NCBI RefSeq assembly: GCF_000155895.1
Contig: NZ_DS995298.1
Location: 1,260,001-1,292,000 of the forward strand
DNA: 32,000 bases
Direction: 5' to 3'
Origin: Candidatus Pelagibacter sp. HTCC7211
GTDB lineage: Bacteria; Pseudomonadota; Alphaproteobacteria; Pelagibacterales; Pelagibacteraceae
This document shows positions 17,090 through 25,898 of the stretch, in pieces. Each line of letters starts with the position of its first letter. The stretch's first letter is position 1. Position numbers and translations under genes: made by a program. The notes beneath the pieces were generated by a model, which was not told where the DNA came from, searched no databases, and saw only the letters and a program-made list of their open reading frames with translations.

Positions 17090-18310
17090 ATGTTAGAAAT
17101 TAAAAATCTGACAGAGATTACAAGTAATGGGCTATGCATAGGTTGTGGACTTTGTCAAAGTGTTGTTGGAAAAGAAAAAATTCAAATTTCAATGACTGAT
17201 AAAGGAAGATTAGAACCAAGAGAAACAACATCTTTATCTAATGAAGACTTTAGAAAAATAAAAGAAATATGTCCCGGTGTATTAGTTGAGGGGTTACCTA
17301 AAAAAGAGATAAGTAAAAATTCAAAAGAGGATTTAATATGGGGAGTTTACAATTCTTTATACTACGCATGGTCATCTGATAAAGATATCAGATTTCAAAG
17401 TTCAACCGGAGGGCTTTTAAATGGAATTTCTTTATATCTGCTAGAAACTAATAAGGTAGATTTCATTTTACATACTGCGGGAGACCCCGACAAACCAATG
17501 AGAAGTATTCCAAAGTTCAGTTATTCAAAAAAAGATTTATTGAGTTGTGAGAGTAGATCAAGATATGGTCCCGCCTCACCTTTAAGTAAATTTAATGAAG
17601 CCCTAGATAAAAATAAAAATTTTGCTTTTATTGGAAAGCCTTGTGATATTTCTGCAATTAGACTTCTCTCTAAAACTGATAAAAGAGTAGATAAATATTG
17701 TAAATATTTATTAACTCTTGTCTGTGGTGGTTCTACAGAATTTACTAAATCTCAAGATTTTATAGAAAGCTACAATATTAAAGAAGAAGAGCTAGATATT
17801 TTTAGATACAGAGGATACGGCAATCCTGGTCTGATGTACGTCAGAACAAAGGATGGAAGAGAACATGATAAAGAATATAATTCTTTTTGGGGAGATGAAA
17901 GTAACTGGAGAGTTCATTTTAGATGTAAGATTTGTCCTGACGCAATAGGTGAAAGCGCTGATATAGCAGCCCTTGATACATGGAGGGGTGGATCTCCCAT
18001 AGGAGAGGATGAGGGATTTAATGCAGCAATTGTAAGAACTGAAAAAGGATTAGATATATTAAATAGTGCAATTAAAGATGGATATATTGAAAAAGGAAAT
18101 CATTTAAAAATTGATGATATAAATGACTTTCAGCCTCATCAGGTAAATAAAAAAAAATCTGTATACGCAAGACATTTAGGTCTTAAAAAAAATAATTTAC
18201 CTATTGTTGAAACTAGTGGATTAAGAATAAAAGAACTTTATGATAATAATGAAAGTGAATTTAATATTAAAGAGGAGAAAGGCATCACTTTAAGAATAAA
18301 TAAAATTTAA
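17090..18310 (+). CDS. FrhB/FdhB-family (coenzyme F420 hydrogenase/dehydrogenase beta-like) flavin/Fe-S protein
   Basis: 406 aa. N-terminal CIGCGLCQSV; GKPCDISAIRLL (FrhB_FdhB_N type); C-terminal FRCKICPDAIGESADIAALDTW (FrhB_FdhB_C type). Confidence 0.6.
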   Translation: MLEIKNLTEITSNGLCIGCGLCQSVVGKEKIQISMTDKGRLEPRETTSLSNEDFRKIKEICPGVLVEGLPKKEISKNSKEDLIWGVYNSLYYAWSSDKDIRFQSSTGGLLNGISLYLLETNKVDFILHTAGDPDKPMRSIPKFSYSKKDLLSCESRSRYGPASPLSKFNEALDKNKNFAFIGKPCDISAIRLLSKTDKRVDKYCKYLLTLVCGGSTEFTKSQDFIESYNIKEEELDIFRYRGYGNPGLMYVRTKDGREHDKEYNSFWGDESNWRVHFRCKICPDAIGESADIAALDTWRGGSPIGEDEGFNAAIVRTEKGLDILNSAIKDGYIEKGNHLKIDDINDFQPHQVNKKKSVYARHLGLKKNNLPIVETSGLRIKELYDNNESEFNIKEEKGITLRINKI

Positions 18311-19093
18311 ATGAATATTTTAAAAAATAAAAAAATAATTATTTCAGCTGGTGCATCTGGCATAGGTTTAGCTACTGCAAAAATTTGTCTTGCTAGAGGA
18401 GCATACGTCTATCTATGTGATATTAATACAAAATCTCTAACTAAATTGAATAAAAATTCTTTAAAAAATAAAAGATTATTTACTTACTATTGTGATGCCT
18501 CTGATGAAAAACAAGTTTCTGATTTTTTCCAAAAAATAAAAAAGAAAACAAAAAAAATTGATGCTTTAATTAATAATGTAGGAATAGCTGGTCCTACTGG
18601 ATCTCTTGAAAAATTAAAATCAAAAGATTGGGAAAATACATTACATGTAGATGTTAATAGTCATTTTTATTTTACAAAAAAATCAATTCCTTTACTTAAA
18701 AAATCTAAAAATGGTTCAATAATAAATATCTCATCAACTGCCGGGATACTTGGTTTTCCATTGCGTTCTCCTTATGCGGCAAGTAAATGGGCTATCATTG
18801 GTGTTACAAAAACATTAGCAATGGAACTCGGTAAATTTAATATTAGAGTTAATGCTGTATGTCCTGGCACAATTAAAGGTGATAGAATGAAAAGAGTAAT
18901 AAGAGATAAAGCAAAATTCACTAAAGTATCAACAAAAACTATTGAAAAAGATTTTATTTCAATGAGTTCAATGAAACAATGGATCCTTGAAGAAGATATT
19001 GGAAAAATGTGTTCTTTTTTAATTTCTGATGATTCAAGTAGAGTTTCTGGACAAGTGATATCTGTTGATGGCCATACTGAAAGGAATGATTAA
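18311..19093 (+). CDS. Short-chain dehydrogenase/reductase (SDR)
   Basis: 260 aa. Motifs ISAGASGIGLATAK, NNVGIAG, and the catalytic YAASKWAIIG (YxxxK). Its ATG directly abuts the stop of the FrhB-like gene. Confidence 0.85.
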   Translation: MNILKNKKIIISAGASGIGLATAKICLARGAYVYLCDINTKSLTKLNKNSLKNKRLFTYYCDASDEKQVSDFFQKIKKKTKKIDALINNVGIAGPTGSLEKLKSKDWENTLHVDVNSHFYFTKKSIPLLKKSKNGSIINISSTAGILGFPLRSPYAASKWAIIGVTKTLAMELGKFNIRVNAVCPGTIKGDRMKRVIRDKAKFTKVSTKTIEKDFISMSSMKQWILEEDIGKMCSFLISDDSSRVSGQVISVDGHTERND

Positions 19094-19094
19094 G

Positions 19095-20036
19095 TTATCT
19101 TAATTTTTTTTCGTACTTTTTTCTAAGTTTTTGAAGTTCAACAAGATATTCGTCTCTTATATTTGCAATTTTTGTAACTGATTTTCCTTTAGATTGTTTT
19201 TTAGTGCCTGCCACTAATCTATTTATTAATTTATTTGACAAATTTGGAGCTTTTAACTTTGTCCAAGGTAATTTTAAGGCTGGACCAAATTGTTCTAACA
19301 TATGTCTCATGCCAGCTTTTCCTCCTGCTAAATGAAAAGTTAGGAAAGTTCCCATTAATGACCATCTCAATCCTGGCCCATCTTCAATTGCTCTATCTAA
19401 ATCTTCAGTGGTTGCATGTCCTTCATTGATTATATGTAGTCCTTCTCTCCACAAAGCCTCTTGTAATCTATCTGATAAATAACCAGGCAATTCATGCTTA
19501 ACCATTATTGGATTCATTGAAATCGATTTATAAAATTTTTTAGCATTATCTAAATATTCATTTGAAGTTTTTTTACTAGGCACAATTTCAACTGCAGGTA
19601 ATAAATAAACTGGGTTAAATGGATGTCCAATAATTGTTCGTTGAGGATTTTTACATTTGGAATAAATTTTAGTAGGTAATAATCCCGATGAGCTAGATGA
19701 AATTATCGCTTTAGGTTTTGCATGCTTGCCTATAGTTGCCATTAATCTAGTTTTTAAGGCATAATTTTCGCTAGCACATTCTTGAATAAAATCCGCATCT
19801 TTCACAGCTTCTTCAAGAGAAGTAAAATATTTAAAATTTTTTAATTTAAGTGTTTTTTTATTAAAAAGCTTTTTAACATAAGGCCATGTTCTCTTAATTT
19901 CAGATACTAAGTTTTTTTTAAGTTTTAAATCTTTGTCAAAAGCGTAAACAATTTTATCGTGTGCCAAGCAACGAATTATCCATCCGGCACCAATTACACC
20001 AGTTCCTATAATGGCTATTTTTTTTATTTTATTCAT
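19095..20036 (-). CDS. lcdH: L-carnitine 3-dehydrogenase (3-hydroxyacyl-CoA DH / lambda-crystallin family)
   Basis: 313 aa. IAIIGTGVIGAGW, ADFIQECASE, IGHPFNPVYLLP, and the long block GPGLRWSLMGTFLTFHLAGGKAGMRHMLEQFGPALKLPWT. That block matches carnitine dehydrogenases as I recall them. Confidence 0.7.
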   Translation of the reverse strand: MNKIKKIAIIGTGVIGAGWIIRCLAHDKIVYAFDKDLKLKKNLVSEIKRTWPYVKKLFNKKTLKLKNFKYFTSLEEAVKDADFIQECASENYALKTRLMATIGKHAKPKAIISSSSSGLLPTKIYSKCKNPQRTIIGHPFNPVYLLPAVEIVPSKKTSNEYLDNAKKFYKSISMNPIMVKHELPGYLSDRLQEALWREGLHIINEGHATTEDLDRAIEDGPGLRWSLMGTFLTFHLAGGKAGMRHMLEQFGPALKLPWTKLKAPNLSNKLINRLVAGTKKQSKGKSVTKIANIRDEYLVELQKLRKKYEKKLR

Positions 20037-20038
20037 TT

Positions 20039-21049
20039 TTAATTTAATAACTCTTTAATATTCTTATCTAGTTCTTTTTCAAATTTTCTATCATTACCAG
20101 GATTTGCAGCACAATGGCCGAAGGATGAATTAATTGGTCTTAATGATGAACGTGGAATATATCTTTTTTCATATTCATTATCTTTGGTTCTAAAGTATAG
20201 ATCTTGATTGCATGGCATTAAAATTGTTTTTGCTTTTATAGATTTAAGTGCCTTAATATAATTATTCTTATAAGTTGGTCCTCTACTTATATCATTCAAT
20301 TGCCAAGTTTTTAATTTTGATAGTAAATTATTAGCATCCCAATTTTTTGCATGATCTTCTGCCCAATCATTTAATAATTCTTCTGAATTTTTATATCCAA
20401 GTTTCTTGAATAGTTTTTCTCTATAAAAATTTTGAGAAAAAGCCCATCCTGCGTAAACACGACCAAAAGCTCTTAGACCTACAACAGGTTGTCTTTTATA
20501 ATTACCTTTATTCCAATTCTTGTCAGCTGTAAGTGCAGCTTTTACTCCCTCTAAAAAAACATGATTATGAATTGATGTTTTAGATGATGCACAAAATGGA
20601 AGAATTGCTTTTACCATATTTGGAAACTGTGCAGCCCATTGATATGATTGACATCCAGCCATTGACCAGCCAGTTACTAATGCTATTTTTTTTATTTTTA
20701 GTTTTTCAGTAATGAGTTTATGTTGGCAATAAATATTGTCCCATAAAGTTAATGTTGGAAATTTTGAACCAGATTGATTTTTGATTGTATTACTTGGAGA
20801 CGATGAAAAGCCATTACCAAACATATTAATTGATACAATGAAATATTTATTAGGATTAATTGCTCTATTCTTTCCAATAAATCCCTCATTTCTAATATGG
20901 CTTCCTGTATAAAAAGTTGGAAGAATAATTACATTTGAGGCACTTTTATTTAATTTGCCGTAGGTTTTGTATGCTAATTCCGCTGAACTTAAAATTTTAC
21001 CAGATAAAAGTTTAATATTTCCTAATTTAAACTTTTCATAATTCTTCAT
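20039..21049 (-). CDS. Alpha/beta-hydrolase, MetX (homoserine O-acetyltransferase)-like acyltransferase/esterase
   Basis: 336 aa. AYKTYGKLN...NVIILPTFYTGSH, FIVSINMFGNGFSSSPSN, and nucleophile elbow GWSMAG. Confidence 0.6.
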   Translation of the reverse strand: MKNYEKFKLGNIKLLSGKILSSAELAYKTYGKLNKSASNVIILPTFYTGSHIRNEGFIGKNRAINPNKYFIVSINMFGNGFSSSPSNTIKNQSGSKFPTLTLWDNIYCQHKLITEKLKIKKIALVTGWSMAGCQSYQWAAQFPNMVKAILPFCASSKTSIHNHVFLEGVKAALTADKNWNKGNYKRQPVVGLRAFGRVYAGWAFSQNFYREKLFKKLGYKNSEELLNDWAEDHAKNWDANNLLSKLKTWQLNDISRGPTYKNNYIKALKSIKAKTILMPCNQDLYFRTKDNEYEKRYIPRSSLRPINSSFGHCAANPGNDRKFEKELDKNIKELLN

Positions 21050-21052
21050 GAA

Positions 21053-22474
21053 TTAATAAAGTCTGAGATATTCTTTCACTTCCCAATCAGTAACTGCTTG
21101 ATGGTATCTTTCCCATTCATCATTCTTATAAGCTAATAAAGAATTTTTCATAACCGTTCCTATAACTTCATCAGACAATCTATCATTCTTTAGAGCTTCT
21201 AAAGCCATAAGTAAATTTCTTGGCAACCTTTTAATCCCAAGTTTTTTAAACTCTTTATCGGTCATTTCATAAAGATCTTGATCTGTAGGTTTGCCTGGAT
21301 GAATTTTCATCTTAATTCCCTCTACTGCAGCTGCAAGTGTCATTGAAAAAGCTAAATATACATTCATGGTCATATCTGCAGCTCTATTTTCTATACAATA
21401 TCTATTTTGAGGTAATCTAAATTGAGCAGATCTATTGTTGTGTCCATAAGTAATATTTGTTGGCGCCCAAGTAACTGTGCCTCCTTCAAATCCTCCCACT
21501 CTAGGAACTAATCCATTATACGAATTTACTGTTGAGCATGTAATTGAAGTTAATGCCTCAGCATGTTTCATTAATCCACCTACAGCAAATAATGATTCTT
21601 TTGACCATTTGTTACCTGCATCAAAAATATTTTTTCCATTTTTACCGACCATGGAGAAATTTATATGCGCTCCTGATCTCCAGTCTCCAATAGTAGGTTT
21701 TGGCATAAATGTAATAAACATATTATGTTTTTTAGCGACCTCTTTGAGAAGGATACGAAGAAAAACTAATCTATCAGCCATCTCCAAAAGATTTGTATAA
21801 TGAAAATCTAATTCAAATTGTGAGTAAGCACCTTCAGCAACCACATCATGAAGCTGCCATCCTAAACCGTTAAGAATATCAATTAATTCTTTTAAAAAAT
21901 GCATTGAGTCTAATGAGTGCTCAACGTCATAACCAAAAGCTTGTCTTCTAGGCCTAACTCCCTTTATTGGATCAGTATCAATAGCTTTTATTGGCTGACC
22001 ATTTTCATCATATTTCATTGCAATAAACTCAGGTTCGACCCCTGCCATACCTCTATATCCAGCATCTTGAGCTTTTTGCATATTACGTTTTAAAGCTTGT
22101 CTTGGACAAACATTGTAAGGTTTATCTTCCCAAAATAGATCTGCAAAAATTATTGCTGTTGATGTGTCCCAAGGACAAATATAAACAGCGTCTAAATCTG
22201 GTAGCATAACTTGATCCGAGTCTGCTGGAGTTAGTTCTGGAACATAAGAGATTGAATGAACTGCAAACTGAGGTCCCTTTCCTAAACACAAAGGTTCAAA
22301 ATCAGACATTGGAACAGGTTTTGTTTTTGGAATACCATGGAGATCAATCCAACTTGATAAAACGTATTTTACACCAGCGTTTTTTAATTTTTTATAAACT
22401 GAAGGTATTTTTTTTCTATTACGCTCAACTGCATCTTTAAAATTAACGTAATAAATTTTTTCATTTTTACTCAT
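21053..22474 (-). CDS. Glutamine synthetase-family ligase (gamma-glutamyl-amine synthetase-like, GmaS/PuuA-like)
   Basis: 473 aa. Beta-grasp N-domain (VKYVLSSWIDLHGIPKTKPV), GVEPEFIAM, FMPKP...SGAHINFS, YGHNNRSAQFRLP, and ENRAADMTMNVYL. Confidence 0.7.
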   Translation of the reverse strand: MSKNEKIYYVNFKDAVERNRKKIPSVYKKLKNAGVKYVLSSWIDLHGIPKTKPVPMSDFEPLCLGKGPQFAVHSISYVPELTPADSDQVMLPDLDAVYICPWDTSTAIIFADLFWEDKPYNVCPRQALKRNMQKAQDAGYRGMAGVEPEFIAMKYDENGQPIKAIDTDPIKGVRPRRQAFGYDVEHSLDSMHFLKELIDILNGLGWQLHDVVAEGAYSQFELDFHYTNLLEMADRLVFLRILLKEVAKKHNMFITFMPKPTIGDWRSGAHINFSMVGKNGKNIFDAGNKWSKESLFAVGGLMKHAEALTSITCSTVNSYNGLVPRVGGFEGGTVTWAPTNITYGHNNRSAQFRLPQNRYCIENRAADMTMNVYLAFSMTLAAAVEGIKMKIHPGKPTDQDLYEMTDKEFKKLGIKRLPRNLLMALEALKNDRLSDEVIGTVMKNSLLAYKNDEWERYHQAVTDWEVKEYLRLY

Positions 22475-22494
22475 GTTGATCTCTTCAATTTTTA

Positions 22495-22890
22495 TTATTG
22501 TGGCATATCTTCAGGATCTATTCCAGGAACAAATGTTATGCCTGCTTTTTGTTTCCAATCATGAGGGTACGCTGCATAAAATATTACACATTTTTCATCA
22601 CATTCATAAGCTATATGGTTATCCTTAGGTATATAAAGAACATCACCAGGATTACAGATATAAGACTCTCCATCACATGTTAGTCTAAAAGTTCCTTCCA
22701 TACAGTAAATAATTTCATCACAAGTTAAATCCCATGGCACAGAAACTTTATTTAAGAAATTTAATCCACCACACATCGTGTTACTTACTTTGCTGGTAAC
22801 AAAGGGTTTAATATAACTCTTGCCTGGTTCTAAAGTATGAAGTCTATTTTCTATATCTTTAAACTTATATAGTTGTGGCTTCTTTGACAT
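22495..22890 (-). CDS. Cupin-fold protein, EutQ-like (lacks the HxH metal motif)
   Basis: 131 aa. PWDLTCDEIIYCMEGTFRLTCDGESYICNPGDVLYIPKDNHI...FYAAYP resembles the EutQ pattern (DEidYVleG...aGDvifIPkGs...YvtyP). No His at the cupin motif-1 positions. Confidence 0.5.
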   Translation of the reverse strand: MSKKPQLYKFKDIENRLHTLEPGKSYIKPFVTSKVSNTMCGGLNFLNKVSVPWDLTCDEIIYCMEGTFRLTCDGESYICNPGDVLYIPKDNHIAYECDEKCVIFYAAYPHDWKQKAGITFVPGIDPEDMPQ

Positions 22891-22907
22891 TCTTATTTCC
22901 TTTCAGT

Positions 22908-23327
22908 TTAGACTTTTATTGGTTCATTTAATTCAACTTTATATCCATCAGGATCCTCACAAAATGCTATTACTCTTGTTCCATGTTTCATTGGACCTGG
23001 TTTACGAGTAATATTCACACCAAGTTTTTCAAGATCTTCACAAGCTTTATAAACATCTGGAGTTTCAATACAAACATGCCCCCATCCGTTTCCTTTGTCA
23101 TAATCTTCTTTTTGATCCCAATTGTGTGTTAATTCTAAACAAGGAGACTCTGTTTCAAGTCCATAGCCGATAAATGCATTTGTAAATTTTCCCTCAGGAT
23201 AATCTGTTTTTCTTAAAACTTTCATACCTAATGTTTTGCAATAAAAATTAAAAGATGCTTCTAGATCTTTAACTCTTATCATTGTATGGGCTAGTCGATA
23301 TCCCTCTAGATTGATTTCTTTAGACAT
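22908..23327 (-). CDS. gloA: Lactoylglutathione lyase (glyoxalase I)
   Basis: 139 aa. HTMIRVKDLEASFNFYCKTLGMKVLRKTDYPEGKFTNAFIGYG...LELTHNW...GWGHVCIE...FCEDPDGYKVELNE. Colinear with bacterial GloA. Confidence 0.85.
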   Translation of the reverse strand: MSKEINLEGYRLAHTMIRVKDLEASFNFYCKTLGMKVLRKTDYPEGKFTNAFIGYGLETESPCLELTHNWDQKEDYDKGNGWGHVCIETPDVYKACEDLEKLGVNITRKPGPMKHGTRVIAFCEDPDGYKVELNEPIKV

Positions 23328-24456
23328 TTTTTTTCCTTTTTATTGATTTTGAAGATTTCATTGTAGCATCAACTATGAGCTTTTGAAATGCTTGAACACC
23401 TTTTTCCCACACAGGAGACAAAAGACCACCTTCGTAAGATGCTGGAGAGTGCCTTCCTTCTTGAAGTCTTTCACACATTTCATGATCTTCTTTATGAACA
23501 CTCCACCATATGTTTTTAACCATTTTAATTTCTTCTTTACTCATGTCTTTACCGTCTGTTGTGTAAATTATTCTTTTTTGAGATGTTAAACCTGGGCTTA
23601 TTGGCACGTTAAGATAAACTCCGATTTGATTAGGAAAATAAGTTCCAATTATAAAATTTGGAAAAAGAGACAAATATCTAGATGTTACAGATAAAGCAGT
23701 ACTATTTTTAGTGTCTTCTTCATAAACGTCTACTCCACTGCCATAACATACTCCGTCTACAACAGTGTAATGATCTTTTAAAGGCTGATTGGTAGTAGTC
23801 TTATGAACAAACTGTACATGATAAGGCTCTATAAAGTTTTCAATTAAAAATTTCCAATTAGTATTTATATTTCCAAAATTTAACGTAGCTGCATATCTCA
23901 ATTTAGTAAAATCAATATCATTGAATTTTGAAATAAGTGGTTTTGCATATTGTTCAAATTTTTTTGCTTTTCCATTAAAATTTATAAAAATCCAATCGTG
24001 CCAAATATGAATCTTTATTGGTTTCAAACCATGATCAAAAAAATTAAATCCTTTTGGCTTGTGTTGATCTGTACCACCAACATGAGGTGCTGCTTTTAAG
24101 TTACCATCAAGATCATAGCTCCATGCATGATAAGGACAACGTATCATTTTTCCTACATTTTTTTTTTCATCTATAAGCTTTAGGCATCTGTGACTGCAAA
24201 CGTTATGGAAAGCTTTTATTTCGTTATTGTTATTTCGTACAAGTAATATTGGTTTATTTGCAATAAATAATGGAATTACATCACCAGTATTTTTAAGTTC
24301 ATGAGCAAAACCTACAAATAACCAATCATTAGATAAAACTGTTTCACATTCTTTTTTCCAAAAATTTTCATCAATATAAGATTTAGCTGGTAGGCCAAAT
24401 ATAGTATTGGCATTTTTTGATTTCTTTATTTTTACTAAATTTTTTTCTTTAGACAT
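23320..24456 (-). CDS. Rieske [2Fe-2S] non-haem-iron oxygenase alpha subunit, CntA/YeaW/GbcA/choline-monooxygenase-like
   Basis: 378 aa. Rieske CSH-x17-CPYH (CSHRCLKL...IRCPYHAWSY). Catalytic-domain motif NWKFLIENFIEPYHVQFVH. Size and layout resemble CntA/YeaW (about 371-374 aa). The stop overlaps the gloA start by 8 nt. Confidence 0.7.
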   Translation of the reverse strand: MSKEKNLVKIKKSKNANTIFGLPAKSYIDENFWKKECETVLSNDWLFVGFAHELKNTGDVIPLFIANKPILLVRNNNNEIKAFHNVCSHRCLKLIDEKKNVGKMIRCPYHAWSYDLDGNLKAAPHVGGTDQHKPKGFNFFDHGLKPIKIHIWHDWIFINFNGKAKKFEQYAKPLISKFNDIDFTKLRYAATLNFGNINTNWKFLIENFIEPYHVQFVHKTTTNQPLKDHYTVVDGVCYGSGVDVYEEDTKNSTALSVTSRYLSLFPNFIIGTYFPNQIGVYLNVPISPGLTSQKRIIYTTDGKDMSKEEIKMVKNIWWSVHKEDHEMCERLQEGRHSPASYEGGLLSPVWEKGVQAFQKLIVDATMKSSKSIKRKKNV

Positions 24457-24542
24457 GGGCTAGTAGAAAATTATTAATTATATTGAAAACCCTATTTTAG
24501 AATATTAAGATTTACAATAAAATATTTGAATAGTGCAATTAG

Positions 24543-25898
24543 ATGGGAAATAACAAATTTATAGAAGAAGATTTTAGAGGCTATAAACAGTCTACAGTAC
24601 CAAAAATAGATGAGGTTTTAGCAAGAACAAATCCAAAGACAGCTTGTGGAGAATATTTAAGACGCTATTGGCATCCTGTTGCTTTAACTTCTGAGGTAAG
24701 TCATATCCCAAGAGAAATTCGTATTTTAGGAGAGGATTTAGTAATATTTAAAACTTCTAAAGGGAATATAGGTTTGGTCCATAAAGCATGTCCTCACAGA
24801 AGAGCTTCTATGGCCTATGGTAAAACTGAAGAAGAAGGAATTAGGTGTTGTTATCATGGATGGCTTTTTTCTCCTAACGGTGAAATACTTGAAACACCTG
24901 GTGAAGACCCAGAGTCAAAACAAGCTAAAAAACTAAGAGAAACTTTTAAACTTGGAGCTTACCCTGTAATAGAATTTAACGGTTTAGTATTTTCTTATCT
25001 TGGACCAATGGATAAAATTCCAGAATTTCCACATTACGACTCATTTGAAATACCAGGAAATACTTCGAGTCCATATCGTATAGATTATAACTGTAATTGG
25101 ATCCAAGTCTTAGATGCAATCATGGATCCTCTTCATACATCATTTTTACACGGTCAAAGTTCTGGTCTTCAATTCTCTGAAGGTTTTGCTGAAGTTGGAG
25201 AAATAGAATTTTATGAAAGAGGAATTCAATATCTAGGATGTAATACGCGAAGAATAAATGACAATGTTTGGGTAAGAGTAAATGAATTAATTTTACCTAA
25301 TTTTACTCAGGCTGGAGCTGCATTTGCAGCTGATGGTACAAAAAGTAAATACTTTGGAAGAAGTTCTTTTACAAGGTGGGTTGTGCCTATTGATGATCAT
25401 CATTGTGTTGCTTTAGCTTGGGCAAATTTTGGTGAAAGAGGAGATCCGATAGAATACAATAATCAAGAAGGATACGAAAGAATTGAAGCTGGTGAAATTT
25501 CAAATAGAACTAAAGAAGAAAAACAAAAAAGTCCTGGTGATGCAGAAGCTGTTGAGGGGATGGGTTCAATAAGTGGTCATAAAGGAGAACATCTAATGCC
25601 AACTGATAAAGGTGTTATGATATATAGAAGAAGAACAAGAAAATTAATTAAAGATTTAGAGCAAGGATTAGAACCACCTCAACCTCAAAAGACAAAAGGA
25701 GAAGTCGTGAGAACTAATGGACAAGATACGGTATTAAAAGCCCCAAAAAGAAGTAATAATGATAAAGAGTACGTCAAATCAATATGTTCTTCAGTGATGA
25801 ATATGCAATTTGATTTAGAAGAAATGCCGTTAAAAGAAAGAGACAATAGTATTATTAAAAATCTTCAACAAATGGAGGCGAGGGGTAATTTTGACTGA
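24543..25898 (+). CDS. Rieske [2Fe-2S] oxygenase, VanA/KshA/PaO (class IA demethylase/monooxygenase)-like, with a long charged C-terminal extension
   Basis: 451 aa. RRYWHPVA, a Rieske CPH...CCYH motif (CPHRRASMAYG...IRCCYHGWLF), and NWIQVLDAIMDPLHTSFLH. Confidence 0.7.
   Translation: MGNNKFIEEDFRGYKQSTVPKIDEVLARTNPKTACGEYLRRYWHPVALTSEVSHIPREIRILGEDLVIFKTSKGNIGLVHKACPHRRASMAYGKTEEEGIRCCYHGWLFSPNGEILETPGEDPESKQAKKLRETFKLGAYPVIEFNGLVFSYLGPMDKIPEFPHYDSFEIPGNTSSPYRIDYNCNWIQVLDAIMDPLHTSFLHGQSSGLQFSEGFAEVGEIEFYERGIQYLGCNTRRINDNVWVRVNELILPNFTQAGAAFAADGTKSKYFGRSSFTRWVVPIDDHHCVALAWANFGERGDPIEYNNQEGYERIEAGEISNRTKEEKQKSPGDAEAVEGMGSISGHKGEHLMPTDKGVMIYRRRTRKLIKDLEQGLEPPQPQKTKGEVVRTNGQDTVLKAPKRSNNDKEYVKSICSSVMNMQFDLEEMPLKERDNSIIKNLQQMEARGNFD

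Noticed and set aside
21053-22474. The GS-family ORF as the housekeeping glutamine synthetase glnA
   Set aside because: It is embedded in a catabolic operon with 3- and 20-nt spacers. It has no neighbouring glnB or ntr-type genes. Its N-terminal region and SGAHINFS block differ from the GSI sequences I recall. It is therefore called a gamma-glutamyl-amine ligase-like protein, pending phylogeny.
24457-24542. A specific operator or promoter assignment in the divergent Rieske spacer
   Set aside because: Several -35/-10-like hexamers (TTGAAA, TTTACA...TGCAAT) and near-palindromes (AATTATTAATT) can be drawn. None is a clean inverted repeat or clearly better than chance in AT-rich sequence.
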